This document shows, in pieces, positions 1 through 9,083 of a stretch of DNA of 64,000 nt (positions are counted from its first letter, which is position 1; every line of letters starts with the position of its first letter). A model generated the notes under the pieces. It did no database searches. It was not told where the DNA came from and worked only from the letters and a program-made list of their open reading frames with translations. The stretch is from the NCBI GenBank assembly GCA_919902495.1, contig CAKKRC010000018.1, positions 580-64,579 of the forward strand. Direction: 5' to 3'. A program made the translations under genes and the position numbers. The DNA is from Nitrospiria bacterium (GTDB taxonomy: Bacteria; Nitrospirota; UBA9217).

Positions 1-688
1 TTTTGCCCGGTGCAACGGTGCGGCAGAAGGCATCATATTCCATGCCGGCGATCTCTGAGGGGTCGAGGCATTCTCTCACCACCGCCAGAGTTTCCGAAGG
101 GCCGTAGTGTTGGTCCAGTTCCGGGAAATACTGCGCGATGATGTGATTGCGAATGCATACACTCATGCCGTGTTCCCGCCTCTTCAAGCGCCGTTTGAGA
201 GCGATAAGGATGCGCACGTTCCGCAGCGTCATCAGCGGGTATTCGTAAAACAGGCACTTCCCCTGGGCTATGAGATCGGCGACATTTGCCGCGTCCTTGA
301 CGTCATGCTTGTCCCAGCGGCCGTCCAGGAGCTGCCGGTTGTTCTTGACCGCGACGCCTCCCACGAGAACGACCAGATGCCCGCACTTGACCAGATGCTC
401 CGCCAGGGGCTTGTGGTAGTTTGCCGTCGGCTCGATGCCGAAAACGACCGCCGTCAGGCTGTATTGAACTTTGATACGCTCGACATAAGCGAGCAGCTTT
501 TGAAAGCCTTCAAGCGTGTTGTCAAAGATCAGATTCTTAACCAGCGTTTTGCCGCGGGCTGTGCCAAAAAAGGCATTATGCTTTTCTTTGGCCGCGTCAA
601 TCCCGACTATCAAGTGTTTTTCAGAGCCGCGAATCCCTTTCTTCAGTTGAAGAAACTGCTCAAGTCTGATATCATTTACACAGTTCAT
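1..688 (-). mobile_element. IS110-family transposase, N-terminal 229 codons (C-terminus beyond window edge)
   Basis: Minus-strand translation from ATG 688..686 gives MNCVNDIRLEQ...LIVGIDAAKEKHNAFF...KHDVKDAANVADL..., the DEDD-type N-terminal domain of IS110 transposases. GGAGG RBS at 691-697. The ORF has no stop before position 1, so it is missing from the ORF track. Confidence 0.8.
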
Positions 689-1213
689 AGGGACCTCCTG
701 TTCATGAATTTAGTTCCGTCATAAACTAATTCTTAGCAGGAGGTTTCTATTTTGGATAGTCTTGAAGATACTTTTCCCTATACTTTAATGGGGAAATATA
801 ACTTCATGCTCTACCTATATATAACGTAGTTGCACCCGTTGCGTAGCGGGATTTTGAGTAATATTTGGACGTTCGTTCTCAGAATGCATTGCAGCGGGAT
901 GGATCAAAGGCCAGTTTCTTTGCACGCGACATCGAATTGATTCTGTGAGATGTGAAAAGGCGGCATTCAGATTGCGGATTGCAGATTTCACCCCGCACTC
1001 GCGCTATACACGCCCTGCATTCGCGTAAACACTCATAAGAGCTGTGTGCAGGCTCGTAAACGCCGGGCGCAGGCGGATTACGGAATGAAATGCGCAGTAA
1101 GAAAGGTTGGCATGTCGGATAAGTGCCGCCCACTTGGCGAGGATAAGTCAGGATTTTGTTTTAGCGGGTAAGTGTGCTATCATTTTTTTAGATATGGGCG
1201 TGTTGTGGAGGTT

Positions 1214-1426
1214 ATGAACATGGGACTCAAGGAAACGGTAAAAAAAGATATTGATGAGTTGCGGGCCGACGAACTTGTGGTCCTCTCGGAGCAGATTCGG
1301 CTCCTGAAGCGGGCAAAGGCCCCACAGGGGAAGGCGTTGCCGGTGGAGGAGATACGGAAGATGACAGCCTCGTCGCAGTCAACCTGGTCGGAGGATGTTA
1401 TCAGCGAGCGGCAGGAGCGCGGCTGA
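1214..1426 (+). CDS. small hypothetical protein (70 aa, coiled-coil-like)
   Basis: ORF with GGAGG 5 nt upstream of ATG 1214. I recognise no motif. It sits between the IS110 end and mfd. Confidence 0.3.
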   Translation: MNMGLKETVKKDIDELRADELVVLSEQIRLLKRAKAPQGKALPVEEIRKMTASSQSTWSEDVISERQERG

Positions 1427-1653
1427 TGCAGAGGAACCCGTTAAGGGTCAGACCTGATATGCCGCTATGTTGACATTCTCCTGAGACAGTTGCAGCGGTT
1501 TCATGATCGGTCGGGTTTGACCGGTTGCTCGTCCCGCCTTCCTTACACCTCTCCCGTACCCTACGTGTCAATACAAGAATTTCCCCGAATGAGCACATCC
1601 TCACCGTCCCTCTTGTTGCATAGCCCCTCCCTCCATGTTATAGTTCTCCCGGA

Positions 1654-4600
1654 ATGAAACAACTTCAGGAAATACTCCGCCCGCTTCTCGACAAGCTCCG
1701 AGCAGGCGAAAAGACCATCGAGATCGCCGAGCTTTGGGGCGGGTCGAAGGCCCTTTTTCTCTTCGAGCTGTTCCGGTGCAGCAAACGTCCGCTCCTGATC
1801 GTGACCGCAAACGACGAAGAGGCCGGCACCCTTGCCGAGGACCTTCGGTTCTTTGCCGGTATCCTTTCCGGTTCCGTTGAAGCAGCGGCGAAGCCGGAGG
1901 TCCTGACCTTCCCTGCCTGGGGAGTCCTTCCTTTCGAGGCGGATTCGCCGGACAGCGGCACCGTCGGCGAGCGGATGCGTTTTCTCTATCACCTCACCAC
2001 TCATAGCCGGGGCATCTATATCGCCTCCGTGAATTCCCTGATGCAGAAGCTCCCGCCCTGGGAGCTCTTTGCCGATGCGGTCAAGACGATCGCAACGGGC
2101 CAGCAGATGGACCCCGACGTCCTGAGCAACGCCCTTGCCGCGTGCGGTTATGAGCATGCCTCCCTGGTCACGCGCGTCGGCGAGTTCAGCAGGCGCGGCG
2201 GGATCGTCGATTTTTTCTCTCCCGCCCAGGAGCATCCCGTCCGCATGGAGTCCTTCGGAGACACGATCGAATCCCTGCGGTTGTTCGACCCTGAGACGCA
2301 GCGTTCACTCAATGAGATCGCGCAGGCGGTTGCGCTGCCGGTCCGGGAGCTGATCGTAGATCCAGTGCGGAGTGAAGTAGGGGCGGCCCTATGTGGCCGC
2401 CCTTCATCTGGGCAACCACACAGGGTTGCCCGTACAGGAGTGCGGAAAGAACAGCAGTTCTGCGAAGAAGTTCGTACGCAGATCGGCGAAGGATCGCTTC
2501 CCCCCGGCGCCGAATTTCTTGCGCCGTTCTTCTACGATATGGAAGACCTGTTCCGATATCTTCCCGACCAGACCCTGTGCGCGCTGGTCGAACCTGACGA
2601 TTTAAAAAAGCAGTCTGAGGCATTTTCCGGCAGGATAGAACAGGGCAGAAGCGAGGAATCCGCGGAAGGCAGGACCCTGCCGGAGACAGCATCGTTCTAT
2701 CTGGACCATGACGGCATCATGGCAGGTCTGTCGAAGTTTCCCACAATGAGCCTTGGACTGCTTGGCGCAGATCCGGCGGGCCGTCGCATGGACACGAAGT
2801 CATCTTCATGGCTCGGCGTCCGGCTCCGGCCTTCCCATGCCCTCGGCCATGGAGATGCGACTCCCGAGAACGCCGAGGGTACCGCGAGCGGACTCGCGGA
2901 AAAGCTGAAGGGTCTCCGGCTGACGAACCGGGTGCTGCTCGTCTGCGGCACCGACGAAGCAGCCGAACGGATGCAGCGCCTGTTCGGCGAGTACGGCGTG
3001 CCCCTCGGCCGCAAGGCAACGATCGACCTCGATGATGATGAGCCCCTTCCCGTCGTGGTCATGACCGGCAGGCTGTCCGCGGGATTCGCGTGGCGGGACC
3101 TTTCGCTCGTCGTGATCACCGACGAGGAGATCTTCGGCAGCAAGGTCCACCGTCCGCGGGCCGCGAGATCAAAGGCCGGCCCGTTCCTGTCCACCTTCAA
3201 GGAACTGAAGCCCGGCGACTTCGTGGTCCATGCGGATTACGGCGTCGGCGAGTACCAGGGCCTTTCCCACATCGCCGTTGACGGGTTCGAGACGGATTTC
3301 CTGACGCTCCGGTACGCGCCGGACGCGAAACTGCACGTCCCGCTCTCCGCCCTCGACAAGGTCCAGAAGTACATCGGCGCGGAAGGGGTGCAGCCCAAGG
3401 TCGACCGGCTCGGCGCGCCGACCTGGGCCCGGACCAAGGAGCGGGTGAAGAAGGACATCCTCCAGATGGCCCAGGAGCTGGTGAAGATCTACGCCGCCCG
3501 CGAGGCCATGCACCGCCCGCCGCTCGGCCCGCCGGACAACCTCTACCGGGAGTTCGAGTCGGCCTTTTCCTATGAGGAGACGCCGGACCAGGAGGCTGCG
3601 ATCGAGGATGTGCTCGGCGACATGCAGAAGGAACGGCCCATGGACCGGCTGATCTGCGGCGACGTGGGTTTCGGCAAAACGGAAGTTGCGCTCCGGGCCG
3701 CCTTCAAGGCCGTCGAGGACGGGTTCCAGGCCGCGGTGATCGTGCCGACGACGCTGCTCGCGGACCAGCACTTCCGCACCTTTTCCGAGCGGGTCGGCCC
3801 GTTCTCCATCCGCGTGGATATGATGTCGCGGTTCCGCACGAAGGCGGAGCAGAAGGAAACGCTCAAGGGAATGAAGAGCGGGACCGTCGACATCGTGATC
3901 GGCACCCACCGGCTGCTCCAGAAGGACATAGCCTTCCGGAACCTCGGTCTCCTGGTGATCGACGAGGAGCACCGCTTCGGGGTGAAGCACAAGGAGCGCA
4001 TCAAGGAGTTCAAGAAGCTCGTGGACGTGCTGACGCTCACGGCAACGCCCATCCCGCGGACGCTCCACATGTCCCTCGCGGGGATCCGCGATCTCTCGAT
4101 CATCCAGACGCCGCCCCTGGACCGGCAGGCGATCCAGGTGATCCTGGCGCGGTTCGGCAAGCGCGTGATCCGTGAAGCGGTCGTGAAGGAGATCGGGCGA
4201 GGCGGGCAGGTCTTCTTCGTCCAGAACCGCGTTGCCGGCATCGAGCGCATGGCGGCCACGATCCAGAACCTCGTGCCCGAGGCCAGGATCGGTGTGGCCC
4301 ACGGCCAGATGAAAGAGGGCGAGATCGAGGAGGTGATGGCGAAGTTCGTGGCAGGCAGCCTGAACGTGCTGGTCACGACCACGATCATCGAATCCGGCAT
4401 CGACATTCCCAACGCCAACACCATCATCATCAATCGCGCCGACCGCTTCGGCCTGGCCGAACTGTACCAGATCAAGGGCAGGGTCGGCCGGAGCCGCCAG
4501 AAGGCCTATGCCTATCTCCTGACGCCGGCGGAAGAGGCGCTGTCGGACGTGGCGCGGACCCGGCTGCGCGCCATCCAGGAGCTGTCGGAGCTCGGCGCGG

Positions 4601-5193
4601 GATTCCGCATCGCCGCGCAGGACCTGGAGACGCGTGGCGCCGGCAATCTTCTGGGCAAACAGCAGTCGGGACACATTGCGGCCGTGGGCATCGATCTGTA
4701 TACCCAGATGATGGAAGAGGCCATGGCCGAGCTCAAGGGAGAGGAATCCACAAGCGAGTTGGACACGCAGATCAACCTGCGGGCGTCGGCATTCATCCCC
4801 GAAGCCTATATCGGGGACACGAGCCTCCGCCTCGCAGCGTACAAGGAGATCTCGAGTGCCGGCGACGAGACGGAGCTTTCCCTGATCGCCGCAGACCTCC
4901 GGGACCGGTACGGCCCCCTGCCGGAGCCCGCGGAGAACCTCCTGACGATCATGGGCGTGAAGATCATCGCGCAGGCGGCCCGGGTCAGCCGCATCGACGG
5001 CGGGGCCCGGACGGTCACCCTCACCTTCAGCGAGGACGCCCCCGTCTCCCCGGACAGGATCATGGCCCTGCTGAAGCGGAACCAGGGCAGGATCAAGCTC
5101 GTCCAGGAGTTCACCCTTCAGCTCGCGGTCGCCGATGAAACGCTGCAAACAGCGGCGGCAGCGGTGAGAAAATGCTTGCAGGAGCTCGGGTAG
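1654..5193 (+). CDS. mfd: transcription-repair coupling factor Mfd
   Basis: 1179 aa. UvrB-homology N-terminus, DVGFGKTEVA Walker A, LVIDEEHRFG DEEH box, RecG-like helicase, TRCF C-terminal domain. Confidence 0.95.
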   Translation: MKQLQEILRPLLDKLRAGEKTIEIAELWGGSKALFLFELFRCSKRPLLIVTANDEEAGTLAEDLRFFAGILSGSVEAAAKPEVLTFPAWGVLPFEADSPDSGTVGERMRFLYHLTTHSRGIYIASVNSLMQKLPPWELFADAVKTIATGQQMDPDVLSNALAACGYEHASLVTRVGEFSRRGGIVDFFSPAQEHPVRMESFGDTIESLRLFDPETQRSLNEIAQAVALPVRELIVDPVRSEVGAALCGRPSSGQPHRVARTGVRKEQQFCEEVRTQIGEGSLPPGAEFLAPFFYDMEDLFRYLPDQTLCALVEPDDLKKQSEAFSGRIEQGRSEESAEGRTLPETASFYLDHDGIMAGLSKFPTMSLGLLGADPAGRRMDTKSSSWLGVRLRPSHALGHGDATPENAEGTASGLAEKLKGLRLTNRVLLVCGTDEAAERMQRLFGEYGVPLGRKATIDLDDDEPLPVVVMTGRLSAGFAWRDLSLVVITDEEIFGSKVHRPRAARSKAGPFLSTFKELKPGDFVVHADYGVGEYQGLSHIAVDGFETDFLTLRYAPDAKLHVPLSALDKVQKYIGAEGVQPKVDRLGAPTWARTKERVKKDILQMAQELVKIYAAREAMHRPPLGPPDNLYREFESAFSYEETPDQEAAIEDVLGDMQKERPMDRLICGDVGFGKTEVALRAAFKAVEDGFQAAVIVPTTLLADQHFRTFSERVGPFSIRVDMMSRFRTKAEQKETLKGMKSGTVDIVIGTHRLLQKDIAFRNLGLLVIDEEHRFGVKHKERIKEFKKLVDVLTLTATPIPRTLHMSLAGIRDLSIIQTPPLDRQAIQVILARFGKRVIREAVVKEIGRGGQVFFVQNRVAGIERMAATIQNLVPEARIGVAHGQMKEGEIEEVMAKFVAGSLNVLVTTTIIESGIDIPNANTIIINRADRFGLAELYQIKGRVGRSRQKAYAYLLTPAEEALSDVARTRLRAIQELSELGAGFRIAAQDLETRGAGNLLGKQQSGHIAAVGIDLYTQMMEEAMAELKGEESTSELDTQINLRASAFIPEAYIGDTSLRLAAYKEISSAGDETELSLIAADLRDRYGPLPEPAENLLTIMGVKIIAQAARVSRIDGGARTVTLTFSEDAPVSPDRIMALLKRNQGRIKLVQEFTLQLAVADETLQTAAAAVRKCLQELG

Positions 5194-5250
5194 TATGTTA
5201 TATAATTACGGTATTTTCAGCGCCCACGAGGGCCCATGGAGGGATCACTG

Positions 5251-5952
5251 ATGAACAGGAACATGCTGGTCTATGCGTCACTGGCGATCGTCGTCGCCTT
5301 GACGGGATGCACCAAGAACACCGACACAGCGGTCGTGGCCAAGGTGAACAGCGCCAAGATCACCGCCGCCGATTTCAAAAAGCAGCTTGATGATCTGCAG
5401 CCCCCGATGCAGCAGGCCGTGTCCGCCGATCCCAAGGCAAGGAAGGAGTTCCTTGAGGACCTGATCGGCATCGAGCTGGTGCTCCAGGAAGCGCGGCGGC
5501 TGAAGCTGGACAAGGACCCCGCGTTCATGAAGAAACAGGAAGAGCTCGAGAAGGAGATGAAGCAGCGGATCCAGGAGGCGGCAAAGAACGACCTGTTCAA
5601 CGCGCTGCTCAAGAAAGAGCTCATGGACAAGATCAAGCAGCCGACCGACGAGGACGTCAAGGCATACTACACAAAGCACCGCGAAGAGATCCGGAAGGCC
5701 GCGGGCGGCAAGGACCTGTCATTCAAGCAGGCGGAGGCCCAGGGGCTGAAGCGGTATGTGTTCCAGGTAAATCAGCGCGAGGCCTATCTCGAATATTCCA
5801 AGGCGCTGAAGGCGAAAGCCAAGATCTCGGTCGATGACAAGGCGCTGGATGCCGTCGTCAGCAGCCTCTCCCAGCCATCGACCACGGGCACGCTGCAGCT
5901 CACCCAGCCTGCGGGGAAAGAAGCGACGAAGGGCGCAGAGACCAAGAAATAA
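5251..5952 (+). CDS. SurA N-terminal-domain lipoprotein (chaperone-like, no parvulin domain)
   Basis: GGAGGG RBS 7 nt upstream. Signal peptide with lipobox LTGC. SurA_N-like helical region. No PPIase domain. Confidence 0.6.
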   Translation: MNRNMLVYASLAIVVALTGCTKNTDTAVVAKVNSAKITAADFKKQLDDLQPPMQQAVSADPKARKEFLEDLIGIELVLQEARRLKLDKDPAFMKKQEELEKEMKQRIQEAAKNDLFNALLKKELMDKIKQPTDEDVKAYYTKHREEIRKAAGGKDLSFKQAEAQGLKRYVFQVNQREAYLEYSKALKAKAKISVDDKALDAVVSSLSQPSTTGTLQLTQPAGKEATKGAETKK

Positions 5953-5970
5953 TACGCTAAGAAGAACAGA

Positions 5971-6930
5971 ATGCCCAACAACCGAATCACACATGGTATG
6001 GCCCCGGTGCTCCTGCTGGGGCTTTTGTTTGTCAACTGCACCAGGAGGGAAGAGCCAAAGCAGTCGACACCCTCGCCGGCCGCCGCCCCGGCGATCAAGA
6101 TCCTTGCCACGGTGAACGGCGACCCCATCACCCTGGCCGATCTCCAGGACCGCTTCGCCCGCGCGGGGCTCAAGCCCGAGAAAGAGGCGGAGTTCCAGGT
6201 GAAGGAGGAGTTCCTGAACCGCCTCATCGAGCGGAAGATGATGCTGCGTGAGGCCCAGCGCAGGCGGATCAAGGTCGGCCTGCCGGAGATCAACCAGCGC
6301 ATCGAGGCCATGCGCACCGAGCCGGGCAAGGACGTGAAAGAGACGCTGGGCGGAATGGGGATCGACTATGAGAAGTGGAAGTCCGATATCTGGGAAGACA
6401 TGATGATCGAGAAGCTCCTCGCGCGCGACGTGATCCGGAACGCGCACGTGTCGGCTGCGGAGGTGCGGCGGTACTACAACGAGAATCCCCAGGAGTTCGA
6501 ACGGCCCGAGCAGGTCCGCGTCAGGCAGATCGTCACGGCCACCGAGGACGAGGCCCGGGTGGTCCTTGATCAGCTCCAGAACGAGAAGGCCGATTTCGCC
6601 ACCCTTGCCCGTCAGAAATCAACGGCGCCCGAGGCCGAGGAAGGCGGGAGCCTGGGCTACTTCGCCATGGGAGAGATGCCGGGCGAGTTCAACGTGGTCT
6701 TCGGTCTGCCGAAGGGCGGCATCAGCGGCGTCGTGAAGAGCCCGTATGGATATCATATCTTCAAGCTGGAGGAAAAGCGGCGCGCCGGGAGGGCGGGGCT
6801 CGAGGAGGTCTCCCGGACAATCGCCGAAAAGCTCTCGCGCCAGAAGCAGGATGTCCGCTACAAGCAATGGCTGGGCGAGCTCCGGGGAAGGACCAAGTTC
6901 GTCGTCAATTACCAGGGGCTCCGGCAGTAA
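5971..6930 (+). CDS. peptidyl-prolyl cis-trans isomerase, SurA/PrsA (parvulin) family lipoprotein
   Basis: Signal peptide with lipobox FVNC. SurA-like N-domain. Parvulin domain ...GGSLGYFAMGEMPGEF...SPYGYHIFKLEE. Confidence 0.7.
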   Translation: MPNNRITHGMAPVLLLGLLFVNCTRREEPKQSTPSPAAAPAIKILATVNGDPITLADLQDRFARAGLKPEKEAEFQVKEEFLNRLIERKMMLREAQRRRIKVGLPEINQRIEAMRTEPGKDVKETLGGMGIDYEKWKSDIWEDMMIEKLLARDVIRNAHVSAAEVRRYYNENPQEFERPEQVRVRQIVTATEDEARVVLDQLQNEKADFATLARQKSTAPEAEEGGSLGYFAMGEMPGEFNVVFGLPKGGISGVVKSPYGYHIFKLEEKRRAGRAGLEEVSRTIAEKLSRQKQDVRYKQWLGELRGRTKFVVNYQGLRQ

Positions 6931-7969
6931 GGTCGATGAACCCGCGGCCGTTCCGGATGGTCAGCATCGTCTTGAATTTTGCCGACGCGGCATTGATCTC
7001 ATCAAGCACGCTTTCCGCCTTTGTTCCCGCCAGGACCTTCGGCTGGTACGCCACCCGGTAGTTGTTCACGTCCAGGGGCACTGCCTCGATCCGCACAAGG
7101 GCCTTTCCTTTGAAGGTGCAAAGGAGTATCATGCTCGAGTTCGTTTTATCGCTTTCCGAGCCGAAGACGAAGTTCCCGAGGCTGTAGGCGATCAGCCGGC
7201 CCCGGTAGAGCTCCAGCTCCTGCAGGATATGGGGATGGTGGCCGAGGACGAGATCGGCGCCCCAATCGATGGAACGCCGGCCGAGCTCCCGCTGGTAGTC
7301 CTTGGCGGTGGTCATGAGCTCCGCGCCCCAGTGGAACGAGACCACCACGAGGTCGGCCCGGGGCCGCACCTTCTCGATGTCCCGTTTGACGAACTCCCGG
7401 TATCCGGGGGCGGTGCCGGGCCTTCCTGCCGCGGCGTAGAACTCGATCGGGAAGGTGAGGGAGTAGGACAGGAACGCCAGGGTCAGGTCGCCGACCTTGA
7501 GGAATGCCGGCGCCCGCGCGTCATCGAGATCCATGCCGGCGCCAGCGTAGAGGATATTGTTCTCGCCCAGGGCCTTCAGGGTGTCCTGGAGCGCCAGGGG
7601 CCCGAAGTCCATCGTATGGTTGTTGGCGAGGGACACGACACGGACCCCGGCCGCCTTCAGCGCTTCGACGGCCGCGGGGGCGGCGCGAAGCGTGAACTTC
7701 TTGTTCTCCACCGCGGTACCCCGCGAGGAGATCGGGCTTTCCAGGTTCCCGATGACGAGATGGGCCTGCTGCAGGACGGGCAATACGCCCGCAAAAGGAT
7801 ATCCGGGTCCTTCCCGGGCGAGATAGGGTTCGGCCCGGTGGCCCAGCATGATGTCGCCGACCGCGGCGATGGTGATCTCGTCAGGCGCCGGCAGCCGTTC
7901 CGACGCGGCAACCGCCGCGGCGAGCAGGACGAACACAAGGACCGGGAAAAAGGATCTTCGGAGCGCCAT
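6905..7969 (-). CDS. CapA/PgsA-family metallophosphatase-like protein (poly-gamma-glutamate-synthesis-type)
   Basis: Signal peptide MALRRSFFPVLVFVLLAAAVAA. Motifs GDIMLGH, NLESPIS, SLANNHTMDFG, GHHPH typical of CapA. Convergent with the preceding gene; the 3' ends overlap by 26 nt. Confidence 0.75.
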   Translation of the reverse strand: MALRRSFFPVLVFVLLAAAVAASERLPAPDEITIAAVGDIMLGHRAEPYLAREGPGYPFAGVLPVLQQAHLVIGNLESPISSRGTAVENKKFTLRAAPAAVEALKAAGVRVVSLANNHTMDFGPLALQDTLKALGENNILYAGAGMDLDDARAPAFLKVGDLTLAFLSYSLTFPIEFYAAAGRPGTAPGYREFVKRDIEKVRPRADLVVVSFHWGAELMTTAKDYQRELGRRSIDWGADLVLGHHPHILQELELYRGRLIAYSLGNFVFGSESDKTNSSMILLCTFKGKALVRIEAVPLDVNNYRVAYQPKVLAGTKAESVLDEINAASAKFKTMLTIRNGRGFIDLTAGAPGN

Positions 7970-8022
7970 GACCGTATAGTAATCAGCGCACGGTGAAAAG
8001 GCAACAGAAAAGGACAAAGGAC

Positions 8023-8964
8023 ATGATCAGGACGAGAACAGCGGCTTTATTTCTTTTTGCAGCGTGCGCGTTCTGCGCGATCACCGGCAGTTCCGATGCC
8101 GCGACCGGGCCGGTCGTGGTGGACCGGGTCGTCGCCGTGGTGAACGACGATATCATCACCATGAGCGACCTGCAGCGGGAGCTGAAGAAACGCACGGAGA
8201 TCATCGATCAACGGTTGATGCTCGAGAGCATGATCGACCGGAAGCTCCAGATGATAGCCGCGAAGCGGAGCGGCATCGAGGTTACGGACCGGGAGCTCAC
8301 CGAGGGGATCGACGACATCATGAAACGGAATAATTTGGCCGCGGCGCAGTTCGAGCTGGCCCTGGCGAAGGACGGTCTGACGCTCGAGCAGTACCGTGCC
8401 GAGTTGAAGGAGCAGATGATGCTCTCGCGCCTTTTCAATAAATATGTCCGGACCGGGCTTTCCGTGAACGACGCAGAGGCCCGGGCATACTACGACCTGA
8501 ACGCCAAACAATACTCCCTTCCTGAAGAGGTCAAGGTCCGCCACCTCGTGGCGGCAGTGCCGGAAAAGGCATCTTCCGCCCAGGTCAAGGCCGCCCAGGA
8601 GAAGGCCGCCGCCCTCATGGAGCGCATCCGAAAAGGGGAGGATTTCATCCGCCTTATCCGGGAGCATTCCGGCAGTCCAACGGCCAAGCAGGACGGCGAC
8701 CTCGGCTTCCTGCAGCGCGGCCACGCCATACCGGAGCTGGAGGAAGCGGCAAAGAGCCTCAAGCCCGGCGAGTTCGCCGGCCCGGTCAGGTGCGACGACG
8801 GTTTCCATATCATTCGCGTGGAGGACATCCGCACGCCGGTCCAGCCCTTCGAAAAAGTGAAGGAAGACATCACCCGGATGCTCTTCGAGCAGAAGATGGA
8901 GAACACCTATCGGGCGTTTCTCCAGTCCCTTCGGACCGAATCGCACATCGAGAATCGGCTGTAG
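8023..8964 (+). CDS. peptidyl-prolyl cis-trans isomerase, SurA-like (parvulin)
   Basis: ATG 8023 preceded by AAAGGA. Signal peptide. Parvulin domain ...DGDLGFLQRGHAIPELEEAA...GFHIIRVEDIR. The GTG at 7993 in the ORF track is less likely because it has no RBS. Confidence 0.7.
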   Translation: MIRTRTAALFLFAACAFCAITGSSDAATGPVVVDRVVAVVNDDIITMSDLQRELKKRTEIIDQRLMLESMIDRKLQMIAAKRSGIEVTDRELTEGIDDIMKRNNLAAAQFELALAKDGLTLEQYRAELKEQMMLSRLFNKYVRTGLSVNDAEARAYYDLNAKQYSLPEEVKVRHLVAAVPEKASSAQVKAAQEKAAALMERIRKGEDFIRLIREHSGSPTAKQDGDLGFLQRGHAIPELEEAAKSLKPGEFAGPVRCDDGFHIIRVEDIRTPVQPFEKVKEDITRMLFEQKMENTYRAFLQSLRTESHIENRL

Positions 8965-8966
8965 GA

Positions 8967-9072
8967 CAGACAACAGAGCACAGACGGACAGACAGCAGAC
9001 TGGAGCAAATACGACTTATACAAAATACTGCCAGGTCCGTCTGTTGTCTGAACGTCTGTAGTCTGACGTCTG
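8967..9072. repeat. mirror array: 5x CAGAC (8967-9000), 38-nt spacer, 5x GTCTG (9039-9072), all at 7-8 nt periodicity
   Basis: Read directly: pentamers at 8967, 8974 (CAGAg), 8981, 8989, 8996 and GTCTG at 9039, 9046, 9054, 9061, 9068. The pentamers are conserved but the spacers between them are not. Confidence 0.6.
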
Positions 9073-9083
9073 CTTCCCTTCCC

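Noticed and set aside
3169-5148. Long antisense ORFs opposite real genes (e.g. 3169-5148, 6746-7996, 17358-18728, 19328-20515, 26315-27745, 32812-34821, 35657-37264, 38973-40301, 59593-61359)
   Set aside because: They show typical high-GC stop-codon depletion and the proteins are Arg/Pro/Gly-rich with no motifs. Each overlaps a well-supported gene on the other strand.
8967-9072. CRISPR array
   Set aside because: The repeats are 5-nt pentamers with 2-3-nt gaps, not 24-48-nt repeats with spacers. No cas genes are present.
8790-9083. N-terminal extension of the rlmI ORF overlapping the preceding SurA-like gene
   Set aside because: ATG 9084 follows the intergenic CAGAC array and begins the conserved PUA-like sequence. 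The upstream part is out-of-frame overlap with a real gene.
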